DNA of 64,000 bases from an uncultured Verrucomicrobiae bacterium (GCA_963788655.1 CAWBHS010000059.1:125104-189103); one strand, 5' to 3'; positions 43,940 to 53,561 are shown, counted from the first letter of the stretch. Translations and numbers: made by a program. Notes: generated from the sequence alone by a model not told the origin.

Positions 43940-45175
43940 ATGGCTCATCAAACTGCCATCATTCGCGGGCTGCTCATCCTGCTGGTTATTGGAGGCCTTG
44001 TCGCCTGGTTTATCTGGCGCCGGTTCAAAAAGAGCACTGATCCCGCCCAGTTGGCTTTCAAATGGATATTGACGGTGGGCATTATGGTGGCGGCGGGATT
44101 CACCATCGAGTTTTCCAATCCCAGTGCCGCGGACAAGGTTGACGGTATTTTGCAGGCGGCGGTGTATGGTCTTCTCCTGGCCATTCTTTGGACGGGAAGC
44201 CTCGTCGAGATCGTGGCCAACCAAGTGAGCAGTCTTTTCGACGGAGGCGATGTCGCGGCGAAACCGGAACCGATGTACTCGATTGCCGAGGCAAAGTGCA
44301 AACAAGGTCACTACCGGGAGGCGGTCTATGAGATCCAAAACCAACTGGCGAAATTCCCGAACGACATGGCCGGGCACCTGCGGATGGCCGAAATCCAGGG
44401 AGCACATCTGGCGGACCTGCCGGGGGCACAGTTGACCGTCGAACGGCTCTGCCACCGGCCCGGCCAGTCGCCGAAAAACATCGCCGGCGCATTGACCTTG
44501 CTGGCGGATTTACACTTGCGCCACGGGCTCGATCCGGAAAGCGCGCGGGCGGCCTTCGAACAAATCATTGAACTGGCGCCCGATACCCCGGAAGCGCATC
44601 AGGCTTCCCAGCGGATCGCGCATTTGGCGAGCCGGGAAAGCATGGTCGCTTCGCATGATCGGGCGCCCATCCAATTGAAAGCTGGCATGCGGGACGTAGG
44701 GTTGCAACCGTCGGCGTCGCTCCCTGCCGCAGAGCGGCCCGACAGAGATCCCGAGGTGCGGGTCGCGGAATACGTGAACCGTCTGGAACAATCTCCCAAT
44801 GACAACGAGGCGCGCGAAGCCCTGGCGGTGCTTTACGCCGAACATTACCAGCGGCTCGATTTGGCGGAAGAGCAACTCGAGTTGTTGCTCGCACAACCGA
44901 ATCTGCCGCCCAAACAGATCAGCCATTGGTTGAATTTGCTCGCCGAACTCCAAGTCCGCCACCATACCCCGCTGGAAGCGGTGCAGCAGACCCTGCAACG
45001 CCTCATTGATCTCAATCCCCAGGCTGCCTTTGCCGAGAATGCCCGGCAGCGACTGGCGCGGCTCAAACTCGAATACAAGAAGAACGAAGCCAGCCACCGC
45101 CTGAAGCTTGGCGCGTATGAAAAAGACCTGGGGTTGAAGAAGCCTTCCCGCAGCGGGGAAGCCGGGAAATGTTAG
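43940..45175 (+). CDS. membrane protein (3 TM) with duplicated TPR-like domain
   Basis: Three hydrophobic segments, then two copies of a helical unit each ending in A..A.QR(I/L). Confidence 0.82.
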   Translation: MAHQTAIIRGLLILLVIGGLVAWFIWRRFKKSTDPAQLAFKWILTVGIMVAAGFTIEFSNPSAADKVDGILQAAVYGLLLAILWTGSLVEIVANQVSSLFDGGDVAAKPEPMYSIAEAKCKQGHYREAVYEIQNQLAKFPNDMAGHLRMAEIQGAHLADLPGAQLTVERLCHRPGQSPKNIAGALTLLADLHLRHGLDPESARAAFEQIIELAPDTPEAHQASQRIAHLASRESMVASHDRAPIQLKAGMRDVGLQPSASLPAAERPDRDPEVRVAEYVNRLEQSPNDNEAREALAVLYAEHYQRLDLAEEQLELLLAQPNLPPKQISHWLNLLAELQVRHHTPLEAVQQTLQRLIDLNPQAAFAENARQRLARLKLEYKKNEASHRLKLGAYEKDLGLKKPSRSGEAGKC

Positions 45176-45176
45176 T

Positions 45177-45230
45177 GATACCGGATACCGGATGCCAGAT
45201 GCCGGATGCCGGATGCCGGATGCCGGATGC
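45177..45230. repeat. 7-bp tandem repeat (GATRCCR) x ~7.7
   Basis: GATACCG GATACCG GATGCCA GATGCCG GATGCCG GATGCCG GATGCCG GATGC, immediately after the stop at 45175. Confidence 0.95.
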
Positions 45231-45297
45231 AAATGAGTGGCGGCTCCGTCGGGCATTCCGGCCTGGCAGCCAGTTCTCGAAGTTACCGCGAGCGTAC

Positions 45298-45723
45298 TTA
45301 AGGTGAAACCGTGCTGGTTGGCGAGGCCGGGGTCAGGTTGCCGGTGGCCAGGCGCACGGCAATTTCTTTGTCAATAAAGGCCGCCAGGGCTTGATCGCCC
45401 AGGCCGCCTTTGGTGCGGGCCTGGACAATGTCACGGCTATATTTGGAATCGATTTGTTCGATCTTCACCCACACCGTACGCGTGTCCACATTGGCCTGAA
45501 TGACATTGCGGGCGGTATCCTTGCTGGTGATGGTACCCAGATACTTCAACACATCCTGGGTGGCGAGCCATAGATCTTGCGGCGACCGATCATACTTGCC
45601 GACAAAAGTGTCCTTCGAGAACGGCATCCCCAGTTCTCTCCGGCCGTCCACCGTGCTGACACAGCCAGCCAGGATCACCAAGCCCAGCCCTGCCCACAAA
45701 CTTAGCCAAAATTTCATTCTCAT
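45298..45723 (-). CDS. lipoprotein, DUF3568-like
   Basis: Lipobox LAGC; Y.RS.Q.LW.A..DVL..G, V.VKIEQID, VQARTKGG.GD..LA. Confidence 0.75.
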   Translation of the reverse strand: MRMKFWLSLWAGLGLVILAGCVSTVDGRRELGMPFSKDTFVGKYDRSPQDLWLATQDVLKYLGTITSKDTARNVIQANVDTRTVWVKIEQIDSKYSRDIVQARTKGGLGDQALAAFIDKEIAVRLATGNLTPASPTSTVSP

Positions 45724-45811
45724 GGTGCGGGTAGTGCAAACGGAAAGCCGGACAACGTCAAGCCCGCAATTTCAATTTTGGCAGCTTGGTCTGCCCGGTC
45801 GGAGCCGGGCC

Positions 45812-46525
45812 TTACTGCCCGGACTTGTGGTGGTCAGCCGGTGGGTGGGGTAGCGAGGGCTTCGCCGCGCCGCTGCCCATGAATTTGGCGATGGCCTGGG
45901 TGCGGGAAGAAACGTGAAATTTTTCGTAGATGTGCCGCAAATGAACGCGCACGGTTTCGACACTCAGGGAAAGGTTTTGGGCAATGTCGCGGTTGGAGAA
46001 TCCTTGGGAGAGCAATTCCAGGATTTCTTGTTCCCGCCGTGAAAGGACGTTGGCCAACGGGTGGGGCGGGGCGGGCTCCTGCAAGGCCGTCAGAATCTTG
46101 CGGGCAATTTCACTGTTCATCGGCGCACCGCCGTTGCGCACTTGTTCGATGGCCGCAATGATTTCGTCGGGCTTGGACCGTTTCAACAGGTAGCCGCTGG
46201 CGCCGGCCTTGATCGCTTTGAAAATGACTTCGATGTCATCATGGACCGTCAACATGATAACGAACAAATCCGGCAACTTCTGCTTGAGTTGACCGATGCA
46301 CTCAATTCCGGAGCGGTTCGGCAGGTGAATGTCCATCAATACCACGTCCGGCGGTTGGCGCGGAATCAGTCGCAGGGCCTGTTCGGCCGTGCTGCACGCG
46401 CAACCACAACGCAAACCGGGAGTGTCGTTGATCAACTGTTCGAGGGTCCGTCGATAACCGGAGTTATCTTCGACCAGAGCCACGGTGGTGATGCCGGAAA
46501 AAACCATAATCGCAGACTGGTTCAA
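45812..46525 (-). CDS. NarL/LuxR-family response regulator
   Basis: VALVEDN, DVVLMDIHLP..SGIE, MLTV, GASGYLLK, HTH LSRREQEILELLSQGFSNRDIA..TVRVHLRHIYEK. Start TTG 46525 or ATG 46507. Confidence 0.95.
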   Translation of the reverse strand: MNQSAIMVFSGITTVALVEDNSGYRRTLEQLINDTPGLRCGCACSTAEQALRLIPRQPPDVVLMDIHLPNRSGIECIGQLKQKLPDLFVIMLTVHDDIEVIFKAIKAGASGYLLKRSKPDEIIAAIEQVRNGGAPMNSEIARKILTALQEPAPPHPLANVLSRREQEILELLSQGFSNRDIAQNLSLSVETVRVHLRHIYEKFHVSSRTQAIAKFMGSGAAKPSLPHPPADHHKSGQ

Positions 46526-47724
46526 TGGGGAACGCTGCCCACCGCGCCGGCGGCAAAGGCTTTGCGCGGAGGGCTATCGGCGGTTGGGATCGGCACAGGG
46601 AGTAATTCGGCTTGCGCCGGCACGGGCATTTCCAATTGCACCATCGTACCCCGCCCCGGGGTGCTGTGAATGTGGCAACTGCCGCCCAATCGCCCCAGGC
46701 GCCGACGCATGTTCTTCAGGCCGTCGGCGCCGGCGGGCGGCTTGCCGTTCGGCAGGCCGTGGCCGTTGTCTTCCACCTGAATCAGCAACCGCCCGGACGG
46801 AGCAGTGATGCTCACCCGCACTTCGGTGGCGCCGGCGTGCCGAACAACGTTGTGCAACGCCTCCTTGAAGGCGAGGAAGAGTTGATGACGTTGATCGGGA
46901 GGGAGGGGCTGTTCTGGGAGGTCGCGGGCCACGTCCAACCGACAACGCAGAGAGGCTTCCTGGAGCCATTGCTGCGCGTGCAGGCAAAAGTACGAAACCA
47001 TTGAGCGGGTGGGGTCGTTATCCGGATTGATCGCCCATACAATTTCATCCAACGCCCCAATCATAGCCTCGACTTCTTCAGCGATTTGTTTCAGTTGCTG
47101 GCACGCCTGTTCCGGAACCGTTGCCGGGCGTCTGACCGCCGCGGTCAGCAGACCGATTTCCGCCAGGCGCGTGCCCAAGTCATCGTGCAGGTCTTGCGCA
47201 ATGCGTTTGCGCTCTTCCTTCAAGGCCGCCGCCACCGTGAATCGCACCGAAGCTTGGCAGCCCCGGCGGCGCTTTATGAACTGCATTCCCAGGGCCGTCC
47301 ACCCGACCACTCCCACTGTCGCCAGTCCCCAAAGCCAGGCGGCATTCGGTGGCGAAGGGATTTCGGCGAACATCGGCAGAAGACGCGGCTCCGCGGCCAA
47401 GCCGGCACCCCGGAGAGATTTATTTGCCGAACGCTCTTGCCGGAGATGCCATTTCCAGGCTTGTCCGGTTTGGTCGCCAGCCAGTTCCAGCCTCGTATCC
47501 ATGGATTGAAGCAGGAATTGTCGTTCATCATCGTCCTCCTCGATCAGCAACGGGGCCGCGCTAGACGGAACCACGCAACTCAACACCAGCGCCAGCGCGG
47601 CAGCGGTGGATTTCCAATCAGGAAGCGCACCGCTGGCGGTTGACACGCTCTCCCGAGATTCAGTCCGCAAGGTGGCGGACTCACCCGATTCCAGATACGA
47701 CAGTAATTGTTTGTGCTTGGACAT
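46522..47724 (-). CDS. sensor histidine kinase (HisKA_3)
   Basis: ERKRIAQDLHDDLG, EIVWAINP.ND, KEALHNVVRHA, VEDNGHG, DGLKNMRRR, PGRGT. Likely start ATG 47724. Confidence 0.9.
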   Translation of the reverse strand: MSKHKQLLSYLESGESATLRTESRESVSTASGALPDWKSTAAALALVLSCVVPSSAAPLLIEEDDDERQFLLQSMDTRLELAGDQTGQAWKWHLRQERSANKSLRGAGLAAEPRLLPMFAEIPSPPNAAWLWGLATVGVVGWTALGMQFIKRRRGCQASVRFTVAAALKEERKRIAQDLHDDLGTRLAEIGLLTAAVRRPATVPEQACQQLKQIAEEVEAMIGALDEIVWAINPDNDPTRSMVSYFCLHAQQWLQEASLRCRLDVARDLPEQPLPPDQRHQLFLAFKEALHNVVRHAGATEVRVSITAPSGRLLIQVEDNGHGLPNGKPPAGADGLKNMRRRLGRLGGSCHIHSTPGRGTMVQLEMPVPAQAELLPVPIPTADSPPRKAFAAGAVGSVPH

Positions 47725-48298
47725 ACCGTCTCCAAACCGGAAGACCAAGAACAACCCTTTCAACAACCCTTTCAATTACCCCATTGCCTGAGGCGCCGAC
47801 TTTCGTGCGCTTCGCCGGATCAGCTTTTTTCAGCGTCCGACCTCAGGCTCCCGGAAGCTTCTGGTCCCGGGATGCTCTTGGGCCTTCACAAATGTTACAA
47901 TCAAAGATTAACAGCCAATGAATTCGCACTCATGGTTCATGAACCTTCATCTCGCTCCGCCGCCCGCAGCGGTTGGGTAGGAAATCGCCCGCCTGGGCAA
48001 CCGTCTGGAGGGGTGGGAAAAATCGATGGCGACTATTCCGGTTACTTATGCGGCCCAATAGCTTGCCGCGCGAAGCCGACGGGCGGCAAGAGGAACGCAA
48101 TACGCAGCCAACCCTGGCGGGTTCTGCCGTCCAAGCTGATGAGCGCAACCAGAAACTGGACCAGGCAGCGACGGGTCCGTGCTTTCCCCGCTTCGCCTCC
48201 CAGATAGGCATCATCAACTTCTTACAATACGCCTGGTTCACCCAGACATAGTGAACCTATGGGGCCGGCAGAGTCAACTCTAAAAAACCAATGAATCG

Positions 48299-48859
48299 TT
48301 ACAGCTTATTCACATGGTAGTCACCAAAGAGCACATTCTTGGTATTGTTAGCAGGGCCGACGTGGAAATTTTCGTAGTCGTACATCAGCAACGCATCGCT
48401 GACGGGATGCTGGCTGGTTCGGGGATTGTGGGCGGGACGCCCACCGTACCAGGCGTTCCATTCGTAGCTCGAACCTTCCTTCGCGAACCGTCCGACGCGG
48501 TCTCGGGGACAACGGAAAGCGGTGTTCACAGTTGGGAGGGCATTGATTGAGTAGCCCAAGTGCGGGGCCAGCACATCACAAATCCTTGGCAGCGGCTTCG
48601 CGGGATCCAGGGGCATGGAAGGCATCTGTTCGGCCAGGGGCAATTTGCCGTCGTTCTCGTCGGCATACAGGTTCAAAGCGATGCCCAGTTGTTTGAGGTT
48701 GTTCAGGCATGCGATGTCCTTCGACTTGTCCTTGGCGCGGACCAGTCCCGGCAATAGCAGTCCTGCCAGGATGGCGATGATGGCGACGACCACCAGGAGT
48801 TCAATCAACGTGAACGCCACGGTGGAGAGCTTGGAGAGCCTAGAGGAAACTGGTTTCAT
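48299..48859 (-). CDS. prepilin-type N-terminal cleavage/methylation protein (DUF1559 / H-X9-DG type pseudopilin)
   Basis: [38 protein letters not shown]-terminal H....NVLFGDYHV. The ATG at 48859 overlaps the upstream stop. Confidence 0.92.
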   Translation of the reverse strand: MKPVSSRLSKLSTVAFTLIELLVVVAIIAILAGLLLPGLVRAKDKSKDIACLNNLKQLGIALNLYADENDGKLPLAEQMPSMPLDPAKPLPRICDVLAPHLGYSINALPTVNTAFRCPRDRVGRFAKEGSSYEWNAWYGGRPAHNPRTSQHPVSDALLMYDYENFHVGPANNTKNVLFGDYHVNKL

Positions 48860-50019
48860 GGTGAACGAGGTGGCGGGGAAGGCATCCGGCCCAGTTGCTG
48901 CATGTGCCGACGCATTTGCAGCATCCGGCGTTGTTGCTCGATCCGCTGTTCCGGTGTGGTGTTGCGCACCCGGTCGCGGTTGTGCTGGTCCATCGCACCG
49001 CTGCTCATTTGCGCGAAACGTTCCCGGCGCTGTTCCGGTGTCATGCACTGCATCTCTCGGAACCGTTGGTGGCGCTGCTGCTGCACTTGTTCGAGACACT
49101 CCTGCTCCGCGGGTGGCAACGCCTGTCTGAGTTCCGCTTCCAACGCCGCGCGCTGGTGGCGCATGCCCTCGAGCGGTTGAACGGTCATGCCCCTGGGATC
49201 ATCAGGTTGTCGTCGCGCGGCATTCGTATCCGCAGGGGCAAGGTTCGCATCGTCCGGAGGTCTCGGCGGTGACGCGTCACCATGGCGCGGTTCGGGGCCA
49301 GCACCGTGACCGACGCGATTCGGATCGCGTGAGGCAAATTGCCGTGAGCCACCCGGGCGGAACGCCGTTCGCAACGTATAGAGCTTCGTCCAATCCCGCT
49401 GGACTTTGCGAGCCAGTCGGGCGACCGCTTCCGGGACAGTCACCTGGACCAACGCAAGATTGCCGGCCATGATCGTACCATCTTCAGGCACCACGCGCAC
49501 GCGGGCGTAGCGGCCATAGGCCAGCACTGCGAACGAGATGTCATTGCCAATAAGGTTGAGCGAAACGAGCTGGTTGGTGGCCGGGTCAGGAGTTCCGAAG
49601 GGTCCGCCGCCAAATCCCGGCCCTCCACGGAAGAAACCGCGGTTGGGCAGATTGGTCCAACCGTGTGTCACCGGGTTAATTTCGCCGCGAAGCGATTTCT
49701 TGAGAGCGGCCAACGATTTGCCGCTCGAGTACAACGGATACAGGGCCGACCAGCGGGAGGAGGTTTGTTCGCCGAGAATGCCCAAAACGTCTTCCAAGGG
49801 CGCGCGCCGGACATTGAGCGTCACCTTGCCCTCCACGTCTTGGTGGACCAGAATGCGCTCCCAGGTTTGCCACTCGATTTTCTTCACCACCTGCCGCACG
49901 TCCATATTGCGCACGTTGAGCGTTACCAAGTTCCGGTGCGCGCGCAGACTAATCCAGGTGCCGTATAGCCCGGCGGCTCCCAGCAGCAGCACCAAAATCA
50001 GTGTTATTCGAGGCTTCAT
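48856..50019 (-). CDS. membrane-anchored protein with STN/secretin-N-like domains and a C-terminal helical (xTPEQR) region
   Basis: TM helix; [15 protein letters not shown]....V.GKVTLNV...PLEDVL (STN-like); a second similar unit; [10 protein letters not shown] and TTPEQR repeats. No secretin core. Confidence 0.7.
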   Translation of the reverse strand: MKPRITLILVLLLGAAGLYGTWISLRAHRNLVTLNVRNMDVRQVVKKIEWQTWERILVHQDVEGKVTLNVRRAPLEDVLGILGEQTSSRWSALYPLYSSGKSLAALKKSLRGEINPVTHGWTNLPNRGFFRGGPGFGGGPFGTPDPATNQLVSLNLIGNDISFAVLAYGRYARVRVVPEDGTIMAGNLALVQVTVPEAVARLARKVQRDWTKLYTLRTAFRPGGSRQFASRDPNRVGHGAGPEPRHGDASPPRPPDDANLAPADTNAARRQPDDPRGMTVQPLEGMRHQRAALEAELRQALPPAEQECLEQVQQQRHQRFREMQCMTPEQRRERFAQMSSGAMDQHNRDRVRNTTPEQRIEQQRRMLQMRRHMQQLGRMPSPPPRSP

Positions 50020-50075
50020 TGTCCCGCAGCGTTCTCGATCCGGATGTTCAATTCACGTCACGCCATCACCTCTAC

Positions 50076-50102
50076 ATGCGCAAACGCAGGGTGAAATCCG
50101 CA
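50076..50102 (-). promoter_or_regulatory. possible ECF promoter directly downstream of the sigma gene, driving the STN/pseudopilin pair
   Basis: Minus strand TGCGG-17 nt-CGCAT, about 57 nt before the ATG at 50019. Assignment is inference. Confidence 0.35.
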
Positions 50103-50172
50103 AAAGTTGCGGACGGGTGATCCATCCCTTTCGGCGGGGCGCTGCTTTCGCTGCGGGAGAAGATCGGGAAAC

Positions 50173-50730
50173 TTACGACCGGCGGCGGATTTCCCGGTGG
50201 AGCCAAACGCGGGCGTAGGTCCACAGGCTCTCGGCGCTGCGTTTACCCATGCCCAGAGCCGCGGCGGCTTCTTCCATGGTCATGCCGACGAAATACCGAA
50301 GTTTGACCAGTTGGGCGGCAGGCGGATCCTGCTGCGCCAGCAAATCCAGGGCTTCGTGTACGGCCAGCAGTTCGTCGGGGGGGGCAGCCAGACTCAAAGT
50401 CGCCTCGTCCAGTTCCCGGCGTTCGAGACCGGAACCCCGTTTGTAGCTCTGCTTGCGCCGGGCGTGCTCGACGAGAATCCGGCGCATCGCCTCGGCCGCC
50501 GCGCCGAAAAAGTGCGCGCGGCTGTCCCAGCTTTGCTGGTTGGCACCGGCCAGGCGCAGCCAGGCTTCGTGGACGAGGGCCGTGGGTTGGAGCGTATGAC
50601 CGGGAGCTTCGCCGGCCATTTTGTGGCTGGCCAACCGACGCAGTTCCTCATACAGCAGCGGCAACAACTCGTCGGCGGCCCGGTGGTCGCCCTGTTGAAT
50701 GGCGTTGAGGATCTGCGTAACGTCTTTCAC
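50173..50730 (-). CDS. ECF sigma factor, TIGR02999 (ECF_Sigma, kinase-associated) family
   Basis: DVTQIL.AI..GD..AADELLPLLYEELRRLA, HTLQPTALVHEAWLRL, HFFGAAAEAMRRILVEHAR.K...KRG, LVKLRYFVG, W.YAR.WL. Likely start GTG 50730. Confidence 0.93.
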   Translation of the reverse strand: MKDVTQILNAIQQGDHRAADELLPLLYEELRRLASHKMAGEAPGHTLQPTALVHEAWLRLAGANQQSWDSRAHFFGAAAEAMRRILVEHARRKQSYKRGSGLERRELDEATLSLAAPPDELLAVHEALDLLAQQDPPAAQLVKLRYFVGMTMEEAAAALGMGKRSAESLWTYARVWLHREIRRRS

Positions 50731-50795
50731 TTTGAATACCTTAGACCCGACTCCCGGCGCCCTGGTTACGTTGATATGCCAACCCGGACCGCATA

Positions 50796-53141
50796 TCACT
50801 CGCGTGCCACCTCATACACCACAGCTTGAGAGTTCCAATTCAAGTTCACCACCCGAGCCTGAAGTGGGCTTCCTTTCAGCTCCGGGGTCACGTGTCCGAA
50901 ATTCCACGGTTGGCCGGTGGGTGTTTTCCAGCCCCACCAAGTGATCCAGGGCCAAACGAATGCGCCGGCGCCGGGCTCTTTTGATTTCGCGGAGTATCGC
51001 ACGGACTGTACCAAACAGATGTTCGGTCCGGGAACTTCGCGCTCCAAACCAGCCACAAACGGACTCGGCGGCCCGGGAGGAATCAGCCGCACGTAGTGCG
51101 TTGGGTGGCTCGTGCGAATCACGGACCAGCAACTGGCGATTACGCCCGATGGTGGCCCGGCAAACTGGTCGGGCGTGGCCATGGCAGCCAATTCCGCCGG
51201 CGGCTCGTTCAGCAACAGCGAGCGCAATTGAACCAGAGACGGCATGATGTGGGAGTCGTTCACATAACGGCGTTTCGGCTCCCAACGGCTTTGCAACCGA
51301 TCCAATTCCTCACGCACATCGGCCGACAAATACTCGCGATAAAACCGGCCCACGTCCTCGTTCTTGAAACGGACCCAACGGTTCCGGTATTGGCGCTCGC
51401 GGCTGTGAACCGGATAATTGGGACCATCAATTTGCCAGCCGGCCGTATCGCCCCAAAGGTTCGTCAGATACACCTCGTCGGCCATCGCTTCCAAGGAATG
51501 GTACGGTTGGTGACTGCGAAAGTAGCCGGCACCCCGTTGCTTGAGCCAATGATGCACCAGTTCTCGGGCAAACTGGCACGCGGCGTAGTTGTAAGTATCC
51601 AGGTCGCCCACCCGATACGCCATGCGAGCCATGGCCAGGCAGGGAGCGGCTTCGTCACCCAGTTCCGCGATGGCATCCCGGCCAAAGCCAACCCAGCGGG
51701 TTTCCGCCGGGGTCGTGAAAAGCTGCTTCACCAAATCCCATCGATCCTGGATCAACTTCCAGTCGCCAGTAAATTGCGCGTAAGCCCAAAGCGTCTCCAG
51801 CATGTCGGCGCTGAATTTGCCGGCGTCACCCAGCACACCCCACGAGCCGATGCCCGGGCCTTCCAGCAGATAATAATATTGGCCGGAGCCCGATGGGTAT
51901 TCACGCAGTTTGAACCGGTTGGTTACCAGCACGTCTTCGTGGAAATACTTGCGCAAACTGGCCAGCGCGTTGGAGCGGGTCACGTCGTCGTAATAAGGCA
52001 GGGCCTTGGCATACCAACCATCGCCCTGGATCGCCCAACAGAAATTGCCCAAGCCGCCGTGGTCATACGCGTAATGATTCGGATCGCGGAATTTGTCCCG
52101 GGCGGTTTTCTGCAAGCGCGCCAACGCCGCCGCCACGCTGGGATGCGCGGCGGTATTCAGGGGATCGGCGGCCTCGGTTTCATTGAGGTATTGCAGCACG
52201 TTGAAGGTGACTTCGTAGCTGTCTGCCTTCTCGACGCCCATGTACGGACCGTACGGCGTGAAATATTTGTAGTCCGAAACCGGCTGGGAAAAGTGCGCCG
52301 GAAATTCCTGGTCGCGAGAAACCTGGGCGAGCGGCGGACTGATCGGCGCGACCTTCATCGATGGCGTGTGCCAATCGTCGTCGATGCGGTGCCAATGGAA
52401 TTGTTGGCGGATCGTGACGCTATCCGTGGACCGGTCCACGCTGAAGCTGTCTTCGCAATAGAGCGGGAACTCGCGTAGCGCACTGGCCCAATAGCGGACC
52501 CGCATGAGCGGTTCGGTCCGCAACGCTTCGGCCCATTTCCAGGTTTGGACGTTCTGGGCCGGCAATCCATGCTGGGTGGCAAAGTTGTTTTCTTTCAACG
52601 GCAGCTTGTCATAGCCATACAAAGGCATAAGCACCACGTCACCGGCCGACTGGGAAAACCGAAGCTGCAGTCCGTCGGCATTGAGTTCCATCGAAGCCGG
52701 TTTGTGTTGGAGAAACACCGCCCATGGACTGTCCCAATTCGTCCACCCCTCGGCCCCGGCAAACCACACCACAATCCAGTTCTCCTCCATGCCGCGGGGA
52801 TCCAATTTTTCGTTGGCGGCATAACTCCGCGGACCGCGCGGGGTGGAAAAGGCCAGGTGCGAAGGCGCCCCAAGACCGGAATTCGTCATGCCGGTGAACA
52901 CGCCCAGATAATTACCTGAGGAATGGTAAAGCGTGGCGGGGCTCAACTCGGTTTGCACGAACGAGAACGCCGCATCCTGCCATGATCGGGCGGCCGCGTC
53001 GAAAGGCCGGGCGCGAGGAATCAAGGTCGCAGGTTCGGACGCCGGTTCGCCGTAAAGGGCCGGCGAGTTGCGGATGGATGCCTCGTGGCCACCGCTGGAC
53101 GCATCGGAGCAACCATTGACCAACAATGCCGTTACCAGCAT
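50796..53141 (-). CDS. large hypothetical lipoprotein, possibly glycoside-hydrolase-like (alpha/alpha barrel)
   Basis: Long, Trp/Tyr-rich ORF with lipobox-like VNGC near ATG 53141. LWAYAQFTGDW resembles (alpha/alpha)6 glycosidase helices. The start is uncertain (the ORF is open to 53453). Confidence 0.7.
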   Translation of the reverse strand: MLVTALLVNGCSDASSGGHEASIRNSPALYGEPASEPATLIPRARPFDAAARSWQDAAFSFVQTELSPATLYHSSGNYLGVFTGMTNSGLGAPSHLAFSTPRGPRSYAANEKLDPRGMEENWIVVWFAGAEGWTNWDSPWAVFLQHKPASMELNADGLQLRFSQSAGDVVLMPLYGYDKLPLKENNFATQHGLPAQNVQTWKWAEALRTEPLMRVRYWASALREFPLYCEDSFSVDRSTDSVTIRQQFHWHRIDDDWHTPSMKVAPISPPLAQVSRDQEFPAHFSQPVSDYKYFTPYGPYMGVEKADSYEVTFNVLQYLNETEAADPLNTAAHPSVAAALARLQKTARDKFRDPNHYAYDHGGLGNFCWAIQGDGWYAKALPYYDDVTRSNALASLRKYFHEDVLVTNRFKLREYPSGSGQYYYLLEGPGIGSWGVLGDAGKFSADMLETLWAYAQFTGDWKLIQDRWDLVKQLFTTPAETRWVGFGRDAIAELGDEAAPCLAMARMAYRVGDLDTYNYAACQFARELVHHWLKQRGAGYFRSHQPYHSLEAMADEVYLTNLWGDTAGWQIDGPNYPVHSRERQYRNRWVRFKNEDVGRFYREYLSADVREELDRLQSRWEPKRRYVNDSHIMPSLVQLRSLLLNEPPAELAAMATPDQFAGPPSGVIASCWSVIRTSHPTHYVRLIPPGPPSPFVAGLEREVPGPNICLVQSVRYSAKSKEPGAGAFVWPWITWWGWKTPTGQPWNFGHVTPELKGSPLQARVVNLNWNSQAVVYEVARE

Positions 53142-53428
53142 GACGGCCCCCACCAAGTGCTGCCCCCAACCCCATCGCGCAGTTCGTTTGCTTGCTCGTG
53201 CTCGTGCTCTTACTCTTGCTCCAACATCGCGATCGACGCTTGCGAACTTCTCCAACCGCCGACGCGCAAATGAGCGCGTCAATGACCTGCGCTGCCAACC
53301 GTCAGCGCACGATGCGCCCCCTTCCTGTCGTGGACGGACGGGAAATGGGCGTGACCGGCACCGGGCTAATTGCGTCATCATCTCAGGAACCATACCGGGT
53401 GGAGGGCGGAGCAAGCAAGGTTCCCTGT

Positions 53429-53519
53429 TCGGAGTGCCGCCTTCAGGCGGCAAGGCGCACGCAGTTCCCTTCGCGGCTAATTTGTTCGAGCGCCCCGCCG
53501 GCTGAAGCCGGGACTCCGA
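53429..53519. repeat. REP-like inverted doublet (GGAGT..TTCA-loop type)
   Basis: TCGGAGTG-CCGCC-TTCA-GGCGG and, inverted, TCGGAGTC-CCGGC-TTCA-GCCGG. Confidence 0.75.
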
Positions 53520-53561
53520 GCAGTTGCTGGAACAGTTTCTACGCTCCCAAAAAGACGACCA

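Noticed and set aside
45177..45230. Possible CRISPR array
   Set aside because: A 7-bp unit with no spacers. No repeat-spacer array or cas gene is present anywhere in the window.
47800..47850. CGCTGAA / GAAA motifs suggesting a c-di-AMP riboswitch or hammerhead ribozyme
   Set aside because: The remaining conserved cores (GGGGGA/CCCA for ydaO, CUGANGA for hammerhead) are missing; kept only as an unclassified structure.
53142..53453. N-terminal extension of the 885-aa ORF
   Set aside because: It runs through a REP-like arm and a short CTCGTG/CTCTT low-complexity repeat and is Arg-rich and non-coding-like. A later start near the lipobox is more plausible.
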